Shown here: in pieces, positions 19,629 through 30,181 of the stretch
How positions within the stretch are numbered: the stretch's first letter is position 1
Layout: every line of letters begins with the position of its first letter
NCBI GenBank assembly: GCA_965215015.1
Contig: OZ244042.1
Coordinates: 640,001 to 704,000, forward strand
Length of the DNA stretch: 64,000 nt
Reading direction: 5' to 3'
DNA from: Candidatus Poribacteria bacterium
GTDB lineage: Bacteria; Poribacteria; WGA-4E; PCPOR2b
Position numbers and translations under genes: made by a program
Notes under the pieces: model-generated
Seen by the model: the letters and a program-made list of their open reading frames with translations, nothing else
Told to the model about the DNA's origin: nothing
Databases searched by the model: none

Positions 19629-20414
19629 TTGATCTTAGATACTATTGTCGCCCACAAGCGGATAGAGTTGGAAAACGACAAACAACGGCTGCCACTAGAT
19701 ACGCTGCTACGCAAGATTCGGGATTTGCCTCCGACGCGAGATTTTTGCGCTGCGCTGTCAGGCCCGAATTGCGTCCACCTCATCGCTGAGGTCAAGAAAA
19801 AATCCCCAAGTAAAGGAATTATCCGCGACGATTTCGATCCGGTTGGAATTGCCCGAACCTATGCGAAAAACGGTGCATCGGCAATCTCTGTATTGACGGA
19901 TCGTAAATTTTTTGCCGGTGAACTCGCCCATCTGAGTGCTATCCGTGAAGCGGTGACGCTCCCCTTATTGCGGAAAGACTTCACCATTGACTCGTATCAT
20001 ATCTATCAAGCCCGACTCGTAGGTGCAGACGCTATCCTGCTCATCGTCTCAATCTTGACATTGGCGCAGCTGCGTGAATTTACCGAGATAGCGCGAAGCT
20101 TGGGGCTCGCTAGTCTTGTCGAAGTCCATACCGAAACAGAATTGGAATCGGCGTTGACAGTAGGCGCGGAAATTATTGGTATCAATAACCGAAACCTGAA
20201 GACTTTCCACACGGACATCGCAACTACGTTCCGTTTGAGAGCGTTTATTCCAACCGATAAAGTTGTCGTCAGCGAAAGTGGTATCCATACACACAGGGAC
20301 GTAATGAAACTCAAGGAAGCGAGGATCAACGCGATTCTGGTGGGAGAGTCGCTGATGCGGAGTCCAAATATCGGGGATAAGGTGAGAGAGCTGCTCGGAA
20401 ATGGATCGGGTTAA
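19629..20414 (+). CDS. trpC: Indole-3-glycerol phosphate synthase
   Basis: IAEVKKKSPSKG, SVLTD..FF.G, LRKDF, GINNRNL and VSESGI motifs. Confidence 0.96.
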   Translation: MILDTIVAHKRIELENDKQRLPLDTLLRKIRDLPPTRDFCAALSGPNCVHLIAEVKKKSPSKGIIRDDFDPVGIARTYAKNGASAISVLTDRKFFAGELAHLSAIREAVTLPLLRKDFTIDSYHIYQARLVGADAILLIVSILTLAQLREFTEIARSLGLASLVEVHTETELESALTVGAEIIGINNRNLKTFHTDIATTFRLRAFIPTDKVVVSESGIHTHRDVMKLKEARINAILVGESLMRSPNIGDKVRELLGNGSG

Positions 20415-20438
20415 ATTTGTTAATTTGAAAGCCTATCA

Positions 20439-22331
20439 ATGTGCCGAATTGTTGTCCTGTTTTTTATTTTGTCTGCCTCTTCCGCTTTTTCAACGATCGA
20501 GTTTGAATCTGTTGAGCTTGGGTTCAATCGGATTTACAAACGGGAGCGATGGGCACCGCTACAGGTCATTGTTACCAGTCGTAATGAGGCTTTCAACGGC
20601 GAAATTAACGTTGAGGTTCGCAATATCTTTTCGGGCAAGCTAATCCAAACATATGTCACTCCCCTCTCCCTCACACGAGCAGATCGTCAGCGGCGTGTGA
20701 TTCATGTTTTCCTGCCGGGAATCTCGCCGCAGCTAACCGTTAAACTCGTTGATCAGACTGGACAAGTCCGAAGCTCTGAAGAGCTCACGCCGGAAATTCT
20801 TAAACCGTTGAGTGACCTCGTAATCCTTGCGCTGACACCAAGCCGTGATTTGTTGAGCCGATGGGAGGGAAAACAAATTGACGATAAAAAGAAAGAACAC
20901 GCCTTTATCGCCTATACGGACTTTAAGAGGTTACCCACTCATTGGAAAGGGTACGATTCGATTGATTTTTTTGTGGTGCGCGGGGTTTCCTTAGTCGAGC
21001 GTCGGATTTCTAAGCGACAGCAGCAAGCGTTACTCGATTGGATTCAACGAGGGGGCACCTTACTCGTGTCGGGTGGTGCGGATCTGCACTGGCTGCGTGG
21101 GAGTTTTTTGGAGGCGTTTTTGCCGGTGGAGTTGGGTGGTTTACGCAGGGAAATCCAAATCCCCGAATCGATGCAGCACTTCGAGTTTGAAACGGATTCG
21201 CCTTTCGACCTGATTGAATTTAAGCCTAAGCCCGGAATGGTTACGCTCTCTGGCAACGGAGATCAAATCTATATCGCTAAAAGATTCCTGGGGGGCGGGC
21301 AGATCATCAGTCTGGGGTTCAACTACAACGCACCCCCGTTTTCTGATTCACCGGGAGCGGAGGCATTTTGGCAGTGGATGCTTGGTGCCGAGAACCGAAC
21401 ACCGCGCCACGCAGAAGCACGATACGAAGCCAATCGCAGGCACGACGAAAAGATTCAAACAATCTTATCAGCCGTTCCTTCGGCAAAAGCCCCGCTGATT
21501 CGGTTATTGCTCGTTTTCTTGGTTGTGTATGTGTTGGGTTTCGGTGCCCTGATAGGGTGGGGAGGAAAAGGTAAACCCCGTTTATACTGGATCGGAAGTA
21601 TCGTGCTGACGGTACTTTTATCATGCGGTGTCGTGCTGCCACGACACTTTTTACCGAGTCCGGTATCCGTGAATCGTTTTTCGATTTTATCCGTTTATCC
21701 TTCAACGAACCGCGCCCACTTACAAACCTATATCGGGATCATCGCTTCAGCTAGCGTTGAAACGTCAATCCAGTTCCAAGAAGGGACGTTCATCAGGCCT
21801 TTGACAGCAACGGCCACGCCTCCATTGCAACTGATCGAGCCTGAAGGAGCGACAAATTCTTCGATCCTGCGTCAAGCGGCTTTAGATCCGTGGGTTACAC
21901 GCACCTATTTTGCAGAGGCCTTTATCGATTTTCCGGTGCCTTCAATGCGGAAGGTGAGACTAGCAACAGATCAGATCGAACATCAACTCCCTTATACGCT
22001 GGAAAACGCATGGCTGATTGGTCAAGGGAGATACGCCTACATTGGTGAGATTCCGCCGGCGACGACTATTGAAATAGAGGAAAACCTCAAAAGATATAAC
22101 AGGTCTCCACTCTCTCAAATGTTAGGCGGTGCACGAAGGGCGTTTGTGGGGATATTGATTGGTGAGGTCGTCCTGCGCTATCTAGCACAAGAGGCGGCAC
22201 CAAAACTTGTTGGCTGGACGCAAACTCCTCCATTGTCGATGTCGATGGAGGACTTCCGTTCCGAGAGTTTTCAACCTGTGAACGCTGTCGATGAAACGCT
22301 TGTGGTTTTATATTTGCCGACGCACCGCTAA
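20439..22331 (+). CDS. Hypothetical membrane protein with class I glutamine-amidotransferase-like domain
   Basis: Signal peptide, then LPTHWKGYDSID...LLDWIQRGGTLLVSGG, then two hydrophobic helices near aa 355-400. Confidence 0.6.
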   Translation: MCRIVVLFFILSASSAFSTIEFESVELGFNRIYKRERWAPLQVIVTSRNEAFNGEINVEVRNIFSGKLIQTYVTPLSLTRADRQRRVIHVFLPGISPQLTVKLVDQTGQVRSSEELTPEILKPLSDLVILALTPSRDLLSRWEGKQIDDKKKEHAFIAYTDFKRLPTHWKGYDSIDFFVVRGVSLVERRISKRQQQALLDWIQRGGTLLVSGGADLHWLRGSFLEAFLPVELGGLRREIQIPESMQHFEFETDSPFDLIEFKPKPGMVTLSGNGDQIYIAKRFLGGGQIISLGFNYNAPPFSDSPGAEAFWQWMLGAENRTPRHAEARYEANRRHDEKIQTILSAVPSAKAPLIRLLLVFLVVYVLGFGALIGWGGKGKPRLYWIGSIVLTVLLSCGVVLPRHFLPSPVSVNRFSILSVYPSTNRAHLQTYIGIIASASVETSIQFQEGTFIRPLTATATPPLQLIEPEGATNSSILRQAALDPWVTRTYFAEAFIDFPVPSMRKVRLATDQIEHQLPYTLENAWLIGQGRYAYIGEIPPATTIEIEENLKRYNRSPLSQMLGGARRAFVGILIGEVVLRYLAQEAAPKLVGWTQTPPLSMSMEDFRSESFQPVNAVDETLVVLYLPTHR

Positions 22332-22360
22332 ATCCTTCTTTTTTAGGAGCTGAGAACATT

Positions 22361-25300
22361 ATGGCATCAGAGATACCCTTACAAAAAATTGATGAATACC
22401 GGTGGCGTATCCCCAAAAGCTATATGGGTGGGATGCGCGTTGATGGAATTATTTACGCGAATGAAAGATTACTTGAACAAGCCAAGAGTGAGGAAGCGTT
22501 GCAGCAGGTTGCCAATGTGGCACATCTGCCGGGGATTATCAAGCATTCGCTTGCGATGCCCGACCTGCATTGGGGCTATGGTTTCGTGATTGGCGGCGTT
22601 GCGGCGACGGATCCGGAGGCCGATGGTGTTGTGTCCCCCGGCGGGATAGGGTATGATTTAAACTGCTTGACAGGGGACACTGAGATACTTCATCAACACG
22701 GCTACACGATACCAATCGGAGAGATGGGTTCAAATTGGGAAACTACTATGTTGCGCTGTCAGGATTTTCAAAATAGCTTTGAAACCCAAACCTCTTTGCG
22801 GCATTATCTGAAGCTTCGTCCAACCCAGCCAGTATATTGCCTGAAAACCGAGGGCGGTAATACTATCAAGGCGACCGCCGATCACCCCTTCTGGACACCA
22901 AAGGGGATGACTGAACTGCAATCGCTCAAGATTGGCGATAAGGTTGCGTTATCACCATATCAAGGGGTGCCTTATGAAGAACCGTCAGATGAGATTATCG
23001 TTGACCAAGCGCAGATTGAAGGCTTACTCTGGCGACTTGGCGATAGCCACGCTGGCAATCAACGGGGCCAGGTTATCAAGCATCTCAAGCAGCGCGATCT
23101 GTTACCCCTGAAATACGACTCACCCACTTTGCCATACCTGTTAAAAATCTTGGGGTACGTGATGGGAGATGGCGATATCTATTATGTCAACGGCGATGGA
23201 AAAGGTCGAATTTCCTTCTACGGCAAAGCAGAAGATCTTGAGGAGATCAGAGCAGATATTTCGCGACTTGGGTTTACGCCATCAAAATTGCACCGCCGCG
23301 AGCGAGTCAATCAGATCAAAATAACTTACAATACATATCAATTTTCTAGTGAAGAGATTAGCTTCAGCGTGAGTAGCACTGCATTCGCAACGTTACTTGT
23401 TGCGCTTGGGGCACCTCACGGGGTGAAAGCCTCTCAGGACTACCGTGTGCCACAGTGGATTAAGGGCGCACCGTTGTGGCAGAAACGTCTGTTTCTCGCT
23501 ACGCTATTCGGGGCTGAGTTGGAATCGCCAAGCACAATGATGGGAGCCCCGTACACTATCCCCGCTCCTAAGATGTCGATGATCAAAAGGGAAGGTTATG
23601 TCGATAGTGGTATCTCCTTCCTGCGAGACATCGTCGATCTTTTAGCGGATTTCGGTGTACAGATTAAGAAAATCGGGCATCGAAAAGAACTGGCAAATGC
23701 TGATGGATTCACTTCTCATCAATTGCGATTGGTCATCTCAGGAACGAACAAGAATCTGATTAAGTTGTGGGGACAGATCGGATTTGAATACAATATACAA
23801 CGTAAGACGTTCGCAAATGTTGCGCTTCAGTATCTCAAGCTCAAACAACGATTGATTGAGGATCGAGAAAATGCTGCAGGGATTGCCGTTGCAATGCACG
23901 CAGATGAGATGTCAATCTCTGAAATTACCAACAAGATTGGGTCTAAATATATTAACGAGCGTTTTATTGAAAGGTCGGTCCATGAAGAGCGACAGATGAA
24001 ACCACGAGTTAGCCAAGCTTTCCCAACTTTCGGGGAATACCTTGAAGAAGCAACTCCAGATTTGGGCAAAAGTGGTATGATCTGGGATCGTATTGAATCA
24101 ATTATTCCACCCCGATGCTGCGATTGGGATTCAGAGCAACTTGAGTTTGACGATTACGTTTACGATTTTACGGTTGAACATCCGGACCACAATTTCATTG
24201 CAAACGGTTTTGTGGTTTCTAACTGCGGTGTGCGTCTAATTCGGACCAATTTGGACGTTGAACAGTTAGCGGGCAGAACCAAGGGACTTGTAGCAAAGCT
24301 ATTTGAAAATGTCCCCTGTGGTATCGGATCGAGTGGAAAGATTCGACTGAATTCGCAAGAAGAGAAGCAGATGGTCGAGCAGGGAGCACGTTGGGCGGTC
24401 GAGCGTGAATACGGCTTTTTTGAAGACCTTCAATTTACGGAGGCAAACGGCTTTTTGTCCCTTGCCAATGCGGATGCGGTCAGCAAACGCGCCCTAGAAC
24501 GCGGAAAAAATCAACTCGGCACACTCGGCTCCGGAAATCATTTCTTAGAGGTCCAAGTGGTAGATCGAATTCTGTATCGGGAAGCCGCTGAGGTGATGGG
24601 GTTGACGGAGGGTCAGATTTGCGTGATGATTCATAGCGGTTCGCGCGGCTTCGGCTATCAGGTGTGCGATGAGCATGTCAAGACATGGGTCAAAGTTGCG
24701 AAGAAATATGGAATTGATCTGCCTGACCGCCAACTCGCTGCTGCCCCGATTAATTCAAAGGAAGGACAGGACTATATCACGGCGATGGCGTGCGGCGCAA
24801 ACTACGCATGGAATAATCGCCAGTGTATCATGCACTGGGTGCGTCAAACGTTCATGGATTTCTTTGAGACTGGGATTGACGAACTCGGCTTAGAGCTGGT
24901 CTATGATGTCGCGCATAACATCGGCAAGTTTGAGAAGCATCTCGTTGACGGGGTTGAGCATGAACTGTTTGTACATCGCAAAGGTGCGACGCGAGCGTTT
25001 CCGGCGGGGCATCCTGAGATTCCTGACAAGTATCAGAAGGTCGGGCAGCCCGTTTTGATTCCCGGCGATATGGGGACCGCCTCTTATGTCCTGGTTGGCA
25101 ACCCGTCAGCGATGGAGCAGACGTGGGGAACAACCTGCCACGGTGCAGGCAGAATGCTGTCGCGTCGGAAAGCGATGCAGGTCACGAAAGGACGCAGCAT
25201 TCAAAAAGACCTTGAGAAGCAAGGGATTTTCGTCCGCGCCGAAGGGCGACGCACACTCCACGAGGAGGTGCCTGAAGCCTACAAAGATGTAGATGAAGTT

Positions 25301-25375
25301 GTCAGGGTTGTTGATGCAGCGGGCCTCTCACGGCGGGTGGCGCGGTTACGCCCGATTGGTGTAGTAAAGGGGTAG
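22361..25375 (+). CDS. rtcB: RtcB RNA ligase containing an intein
   Basis: MPDLHWGYGF.IGGV, GYDLN|C, GTLGSGNHFLE, HSGSRG, HRKGAT, HGAGR and EEVPEAYK motifs. 484 aa remain after removing a 520-aa intein. Confidence 0.95.
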   Translation: MASEIPLQKIDEYRWRIPKSYMGGMRVDGIIYANERLLEQAKSEEALQQVANVAHLPGIIKHSLAMPDLHWGYGFVIGGVAATDPEADGVVSPGGIGYDLNCLTGDTEILHQHGYTIPIGEMGSNWETTMLRCQDFQNSFETQTSLRHYLKLRPTQPVYCLKTEGGNTIKATADHPFWTPKGMTELQSLKIGDKVALSPYQGVPYEEPSDEIIVDQAQIEGLLWRLGDSHAGNQRGQVIKHLKQRDLLPLKYDSPTLPYLLKILGYVMGDGDIYYVNGDGKGRISFYGKAEDLEEIRADISRLGFTPSKLHRRERVNQIKITYNTYQFSSEEISFSVSSTAFATLLVALGAPHGVKASQDYRVPQWIKGAPLWQKRLFLATLFGAELESPSTMMGAPYTIPAPKMSMIKREGYVDSGISFLRDIVDLLADFGVQIKKIGHRKELANADGFTSHQLRLVISGTNKNLIKLWGQIGFEYNIQRKTFANVALQYLKLKQRLIEDRENAAGIAVAMHADEMSISEITNKIGSKYINERFIERSVHEERQMKPRVSQAFPTFGEYLEEATPDLGKSGMIWDRIESIIPPRCCDWDSEQLEFDDYVYDFTVEHPDHNFIANGFVVSNCGVRLIRTNLDVEQLAGRTKGLVAKLFENVPCGIGSSGKIRLNSQEEKQMVEQGARWAVEREYGFFEDLQFTEANGFLSLANADAVSKRALERGKNQLGTLGSGNHFLEVQVVDRILYREAAEVMGLTEGQICVMIHSGSRGFGYQVCDEHVKTWVKVAKKYGIDLPDRQLAAAPINSKEGQDYITAMACGANYAWNNRQCIMHWVRQTFMDFFETGIDELGLELVYDVAHNIGKFEKHLVDGVEHELFVHRKGATRAFPAGHPEIPDKYQKVGQPVLIPGDMGTASYVLVGNPSAMEQTWGTTCHGAGRMLSRRKAMQVTKGRSIQKDLEKQGIFVRAEGRRTLHEEVPEAYKDVDEVVRVVDAAGLSRRVARLRPIGVVKG
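22664..24223 (+). mobile_element. Intein with LAGLIDADG homing endonuclease
   Basis: Block A CLTGDTEI, block B ATADHPF, endonuclease blocks LGYVMGDG and FLATLFGAE, block F VYDFTV..HNFIANG, block G VVSN followed by +1 Cys. Confidence 0.93.
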
Positions 25376-25420
25376 GAGAGACACCTATACCGAGCGAATT
25401 TGAAAAAAGGAGCAAACTTC

Positions 25421-26566
25421 ATGAAGATTGCGAGAATTGAGCAGTTTTTTCCTCGCCACCGGATGCGGCTGGTAAGAATCACAACTGATAACGGTATCGT
25501 TGGCTGGGGGGAAACAACGCTTGAGGGTAAGCCGAAAAGTACGATCGCCGCCGTTGATGAGCTTGCCGATTACCTGATTGGCAAAGATCCGTTGCGCATC
25601 GAACACCACTGGCAACATATCTATCGGTCCGCCTTTTTCCGGGGCGGCAATGTGTTGATGAGTGCCTTATCAGGCATTGATCAGGCGTTGTGGGACATTG
25701 CCGGTAAACATTACAGCGTACCAACACATCAACTGCTGGGAGGCGCGGTTCGGGACCGCATCCGCGTTTACGCACACTGGGGCATCGGCAGCATGACGGA
25801 CGAGGGGCAAGCCGCTGCGAAAAATCGTCTCGAAATGCTACAGAAGCAAGGGGGCTACAAGGCGTTTAAGTCGGGCCCCGGCGGCACGTGGCGAGCGCAT
25901 GAACCGCCGGCTGTCATTGATGCCTTTGTTGAGTGCGCTTATCTGATGCGAGAGTGGGTTGGGCAAGATGCGGAGTTGTGCTTTGATTTTCACGGCAAGA
26001 TGACACCGGCACTCGCCATCGAAGTCTGTCATGAACTGAAGGGGATGCGCCCTATGTTCGTGGAGGAGCCGGTCCCGCAGGAGAATGTTGATGCCCTGAA
26101 GCTGGTCTCAGATCATGTTCCGTTTCCGATCGCGACCGGGGAGCGCCTGCTCTCGCGATGGGAATTCCGTCAAGTGTTCGAGAAGCAGGCGGTGGCATAT
26201 ATTCAACCGGACGGGTCACACGCGGGCGGTATCACGGAATTGAAGAAGATTGCGAATATGGCGGAAGTCTACTATATCCACACTATGCCGCATTGTGCGA
26301 TTGGGCCTGTGGCGTTTTCCGCCTGTATGCAGGTTGATGCGGTCGTTCCGAATTTCCTCATTCAAGAGCAGGTTGATGCGGCACTTGGTGGGGGGCTGCT
26401 GAAAACAGAATGGGAGGTCAAGGACGGGCATATAGAATTACCGACGCGCCCCGGACTTGGTTTCGAGATAGATGAAAAAGAGGCGATGCAAAATCTTGAG
26501 GGATACGGCGAAGAATTAGGCGGTGAGTTTTACTATGAGTCGGATGGCAGTGTGGCGGATTGGTAA
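25421..26566 (+). CDS. dgoD: Galactonate dehydratase-like enolase-superfamily enzyme
   Basis: GWGE, SGIDQALWDIAGK, DFHGK, FVEEP, PIATGERL and QPD.SHAGGI motifs. Start at ATG 25421. Confidence 0.8.
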   Translation: MKIARIEQFFPRHRMRLVRITTDNGIVGWGETTLEGKPKSTIAAVDELADYLIGKDPLRIEHHWQHIYRSAFFRGGNVLMSALSGIDQALWDIAGKHYSVPTHQLLGGAVRDRIRVYAHWGIGSMTDEGQAAAKNRLEMLQKQGGYKAFKSGPGGTWRAHEPPAVIDAFVECAYLMREWVGQDAELCFDFHGKMTPALAIEVCHELKGMRPMFVEEPVPQENVDALKLVSDHVPFPIATGERLLSRWEFRQVFEKQAVAYIQPDGSHAGGITELKKIANMAEVYYIHTMPHCAIGPVAFSACMQVDAVVPNFLIQEQVDAALGGGLLKTEWEVKDGHIELPTRPGLGFEIDEKEAMQNLEGYGEELGGEFYYESDGSVADW

Positions 26567-26619
26567 AACGGTTAGAAACTAGGCAAGAGTTGAGTGGGAA
26601 TCAATATAATCTGCGACAC

Positions 26620-27660
26620 CTATTCGTCTTTCAGTTCCTCTAAATCTCTTTCGAGATTCTTGATTTCCGTCAGGGTCATTGAGTCGGGTTCAAGGGCGTA
26701 TGCTTTTCTATATGCTTCAAGTGCGGATTCTGGGTCTTGCAAGAACGAGTTATAGATTTGTCCTATCCACAGATATGCGTCAACTTCCGTTGGGTCTAGC
26801 GTGACAATTTTCTGATACACATCCAACGCGTCATCATAAGCGCGTTCCTCTCCCCCGCGTCGGAGTGTACCCGCGCGCCCATAGAGCAATCCGACGAGTT
26901 CCTGCTTCGCTTCTGTGAAGTTCGGTGCGTATGCCACGACCTCCTCAAGGACTTCGAGTCCCTTATCTTCCAATCCGACAAGCTGCGTTTGTTCCTCGGC
27001 GGTGAGTTCTCGGTCAATGAACCGGTAATTTTGAAGGATATTGCGGTAGGTTCGTGAAAGTTGTAACCGGGCTTGCAGACCGATTGGCACAGACTCAAAG
27101 GGAACATCAATTAAGTCGGGGTCATTTTCAATCGCCTTCTCATAGTGAACCTGTGCTTCCTCAAACTGTTGCGTTGACTGGTACAGCGTACCTAACAGGT
27201 AGTGCGCTTCGGCATACTTTGGGTCTTTGGTGATTACGGCAAGGAATTCTTGAACAGCCCCCGCCTGTTCACCCGTGTCGCGCAGCAGCTTTCCGCGTAG
27301 CAGATGGACGTCCGGGTGTTCGGAATCGATTGCTGCAGCGCGATTCAGATGGATTTCCGCGTCTGCCACCCAATTGCTGTGGAAGTAGATTTCTGAAACG
27401 CGGATATGGGCGTGCAGCCGTGACGCATGATTGGCGTTGCGAGGGGCCGCTTCAATCGCCTGAATACCGCTCCAATACGAAAATAGGGCTTTTGGCAAAT
27501 TTTGCTTGGCGAAGTATTCATCCCCCTGTTCAATGAATGCTTCCACCTGGGACGCAGGAGGTAAATCAGCTGCTGCATTACCTCTTTTTGTGTTCACAAC
27601 TATCAGCACGATGAGGGCAACTAGAATGGCTGCCTCAAAGTAGGGTAACCATTTACTCAT
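26620..27660 (-). CDS. Membrane-anchored tetratricopeptide repeat protein
   Basis: N-terminal hydrophobic helix and TPR patterns (AEAHYLLGTLY, AYLWIGQIY, AYRKAYALEP). Confidence 0.8.
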   Translation of the reverse strand: MSKWLPYFEAAILVALIVLIVVNTKRGNAAADLPPASQVEAFIEQGDEYFAKQNLPKALFSYWSGIQAIEAAPRNANHASRLHAHIRVSEIYFHSNWVADAEIHLNRAAAIDSEHPDVHLLRGKLLRDTGEQAGAVQEFLAVITKDPKYAEAHYLLGTLYQSTQQFEEAQVHYEKAIENDPDLIDVPFESVPIGLQARLQLSRTYRNILQNYRFIDRELTAEEQTQLVGLEDKGLEVLEEVVAYAPNFTEAKQELVGLLYGRAGTLRRGGEERAYDDALDVYQKIVTLDPTEVDAYLWIGQIYNSFLQDPESALEAYRKAYALEPDSMTLTEIKNLERDLEELKDE

Positions 27661-27674
27661 CTTTGATCTTCTCC

Positions 27675-29534
27675 TCAATTAATTCCTGCCAAGAAACTCA
27701 AAAATTCTTCCGGTTCAACAAACTTTTCAAGTCTTTTGTCCGTCAACTGATTCCCATCAGAATCAAAGAAAATCACTACCGGCAACCCAACAATGTCGTA
27801 CTTTTGCTTCAACCGTTCAACTTCCTCCGAATTTCGCGTGAAGTCCAGTTTGACGTTCACAAATTTGGACAACTTTGATTTTACCGCCGGATCAGAATAG
27901 GTGTGCTCTAGTTCGTTGCAAGCAGCGCACCATGTGGCGTAGAAATCGAGCATGACAGGTTTGCCTTCTCTTCGTCCAACCTCCAATCCTTGGGCTTCAT
28001 CAGCCATCCAGAGGAGGTCGCTTTCCGCCGTTGTGAGCCCCCCCACGAACATATAAAGCCCAACAACTGCCATTAAAACGCCAACCGCTTTACGAAGCTG
28101 CACCAGACGGGGCAGGTCTTTGAACCGCTGGGAAAATTTTCCGAGAGCAATACCAGCTAGCACCAATACACCTGCAATTGCGAAAAAGCTCGTAGATTTT
28201 TGGAGCAAAGCGCGTAACGGTGGGATAACGTCTTTAAGGAAGTACAAAGCCACCGTGATGATAGCGACGCCGAATATATTCTCCAAAATATACATCCAGC
28301 CCCCTGATCTCGGCAGGGCGGCGATGGCACCCGAAAATGTACCGATTATAATAAACAACAACCCCATACCGAGGGCATAGGTCAGTAGCAGCCAGAATCC
28401 GAGGAAAACGCTCTCCGTGGTAGCCACGTAAGAAAGGACTGCGCCCAAGGCCGGTCCCGTGCAAGGCGCGGCGATGACACCTGCAACAGTTCCCATCGCA
28501 AAGGCACCGGCAAATCCTGCACCACCGACGCTATTGAGTCTGTTCTGCATGGCGTAGGGTACGCGGAGCTCGAAGACACCGAGCATAGACAGTCCGAGTG
28601 CAATCAGAATCCCACACACTGGGAGCATCACCCGTGGGTCTGCCATTATCTGTCCGAAGACTGCCCCCGTTGATGCAACAGCGACACCCAAAATTGAGTA
28701 TGTTAGTGCGATACCTATAACATAAGTCACAGATAAGAGAAAAGATCGCAAACGCTCTACGGATTCACCCGCACCAAAGACGGAAACAGTTATCGGGATT
28801 AACGGGTAAACACACGGTGTGAAACTGGTTAAGATTCCGCCCACGAAGACGAAGAGGAATGCCCAAAAGTAGCCTTTGGATAACGCTTGGGAAAACTTAC
28901 CACTTTCGCTTGTAGTGGTCTCAGAGGGAGCATCAGGAGGGGAGCCGAGTTGGAGGTTTGCAAAGATGGCATCGTTCATAGGTTGAATCGGTTGGTCCAG
29001 CCCGACAACCTCAATCGCAACATTAACATCAATTGTTTTCGGCAACAGGCACTGCTCATCATTACAGGCTTGGTATATCAATTGGAAGGGAAGCGTCATC
29101 CGTCCCAACGGTGCTGAGTCCAGTAACGTCGTTTGAAACCCGAGAACAACTTCATCATGATATACAGGGACTTTTCCACCCAATGAGGCAATTTCGAGGA
29201 TATCTGCCTTTGGATATACCACCTCACCGAATACCAGATCAGCGTGATCAGGGAGAATAACCTCCGTGGGGATTAAGCCTACCCCGGCGGGATTCGCGTT
29301 GGCGTGCCAATTGGGGGCAAACTTCATCACGATAGCCATCTGAAATGTACTGCCGGGCTGCACCTGATTTACTGACAAGACCCCATGGGCTGTAACAATC
29401 TCGACTCGCTCGGCACTTGGTTTAGGCAATCCGAAACGTGATAGCTGTCCCCATAAGGCAGTAGGCGTTCCGATATATAGTGCACAGATAAAGCATAATA
29501 AAAAATAAGGGCGAAAAACTGATTTTCTTATCAA
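27675..29534 (-). CDS. dsbD: Thiol:disulfide interchange protein DsbD
   Basis: N-domain YQACNDEQC, membrane domain TPCVYP and APCTGP, C-terminal thioredoxin WCAAC. Confidence 0.92.
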   Translation of the reverse strand: MIRKSVFRPYFLLCFICALYIGTPTALWGQLSRFGLPKPSAERVEIVTAHGVLSVNQVQPGSTFQMAIVMKFAPNWHANANPAGVGLIPTEVILPDHADLVFGEVVYPKADILEIASLGGKVPVYHDEVVLGFQTTLLDSAPLGRMTLPFQLIYQACNDEQCLLPKTIDVNVAIEVVGLDQPIQPMNDAIFANLQLGSPPDAPSETTTSESGKFSQALSKGYFWAFLFVFVGGILTSFTPCVYPLIPITVSVFGAGESVERLRSFLLSVTYVIGIALTYSILGVAVASTGAVFGQIMADPRVMLPVCGILIALGLSMLGVFELRVPYAMQNRLNSVGGAGFAGAFAMGTVAGVIAAPCTGPALGAVLSYVATTESVFLGFWLLLTYALGMGLLFIIIGTFSGAIAALPRSGGWMYILENIFGVAIITVALYFLKDVIPPLRALLQKSTSFFAIAGVLVLAGIALGKFSQRFKDLPRLVQLRKAVGVLMAVVGLYMFVGGLTTAESDLLWMADEAQGLEVGRREGKPVMLDFYATWCAACNELEHTYSDPAVKSKLSKFVNVKLDFTRNSEEVERLKQKYDIVGLPVVIFFDSDGNQLTDKRLEKFVEPEEFLSFLAGIN

Positions 29535-29605
29535 GTGTAACCTTCCCGGATGTCAAAAACCCTTGAAAGGTTCAAGCCCTCTTAAAGGGTTCTGGTGGGT
29601 GAGAC

Positions 29606-30046
29606 CTATTTTTCTAACAACTGGTTAAGCACCGTACTCATTTCTTTTAACGTCTGCTTGCTCGTTAGGCGAGCCGATATATTTCGCGCCTGACTATCTA
29701 GTAATAAAATGAAGCCCGTTCCCTGATTGGCTCTGTAGGCTTCACCCATTCCGAGTGCCGAGGCAAGTAATTCCGACTGATACTGAGTGGTGCGGTTTGT
29801 AAAATCTAGGGTGACAAAGAGCACAGGCTTTCCATCAAATTTGTTTTGCAAATCGGTGAAGATGGTCCCCATCTTTTTGCAGGAACCGCACCAATCTGCG
29901 TGAAACTTCACAGCGATTATCTGCGGGACAGCGGGTTCTTTGGCTGACTCCTCGCCAGACAAACTGAGGGTTGTTACAATCAAAGGGATTGTTACCATGA
30001 TGGATAAGGCAATCAAAATCCATCGCAGTTGAATGGAGTATTTCAT
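29606..30046 (-). CDS. Exported thioredoxin-domain protein
   Basis: Signal or anchor helix and FHADWCGSC. Start at ATG 30046 after AAGGA. Confidence 0.85.
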   Translation of the reverse strand: MKYSIQLRWILIALSIMVTIPLIVTTLSLSGEESAKEPAVPQIIAVKFHADWCGSCKKMGTIFTDLQNKFDGKPVLFVTLDFTNRTTQYQSELLASALGMGEAYRANQGTGFILLLDSQARNISARLTSKQTLKEMSTVLNQLLEK

Positions 30047-30181
30047 GATGTTTTTCCTTTCGATATTTACAAGGAGAGAATAAAGGGAAAGAGAAAAATA
30101 AGGAAATCTATTGCAGATTGAGGATACCCTATTTGCTAGAGGCATCCACAATCCGCGTCCGTATCACATCAGGTCTCATAC

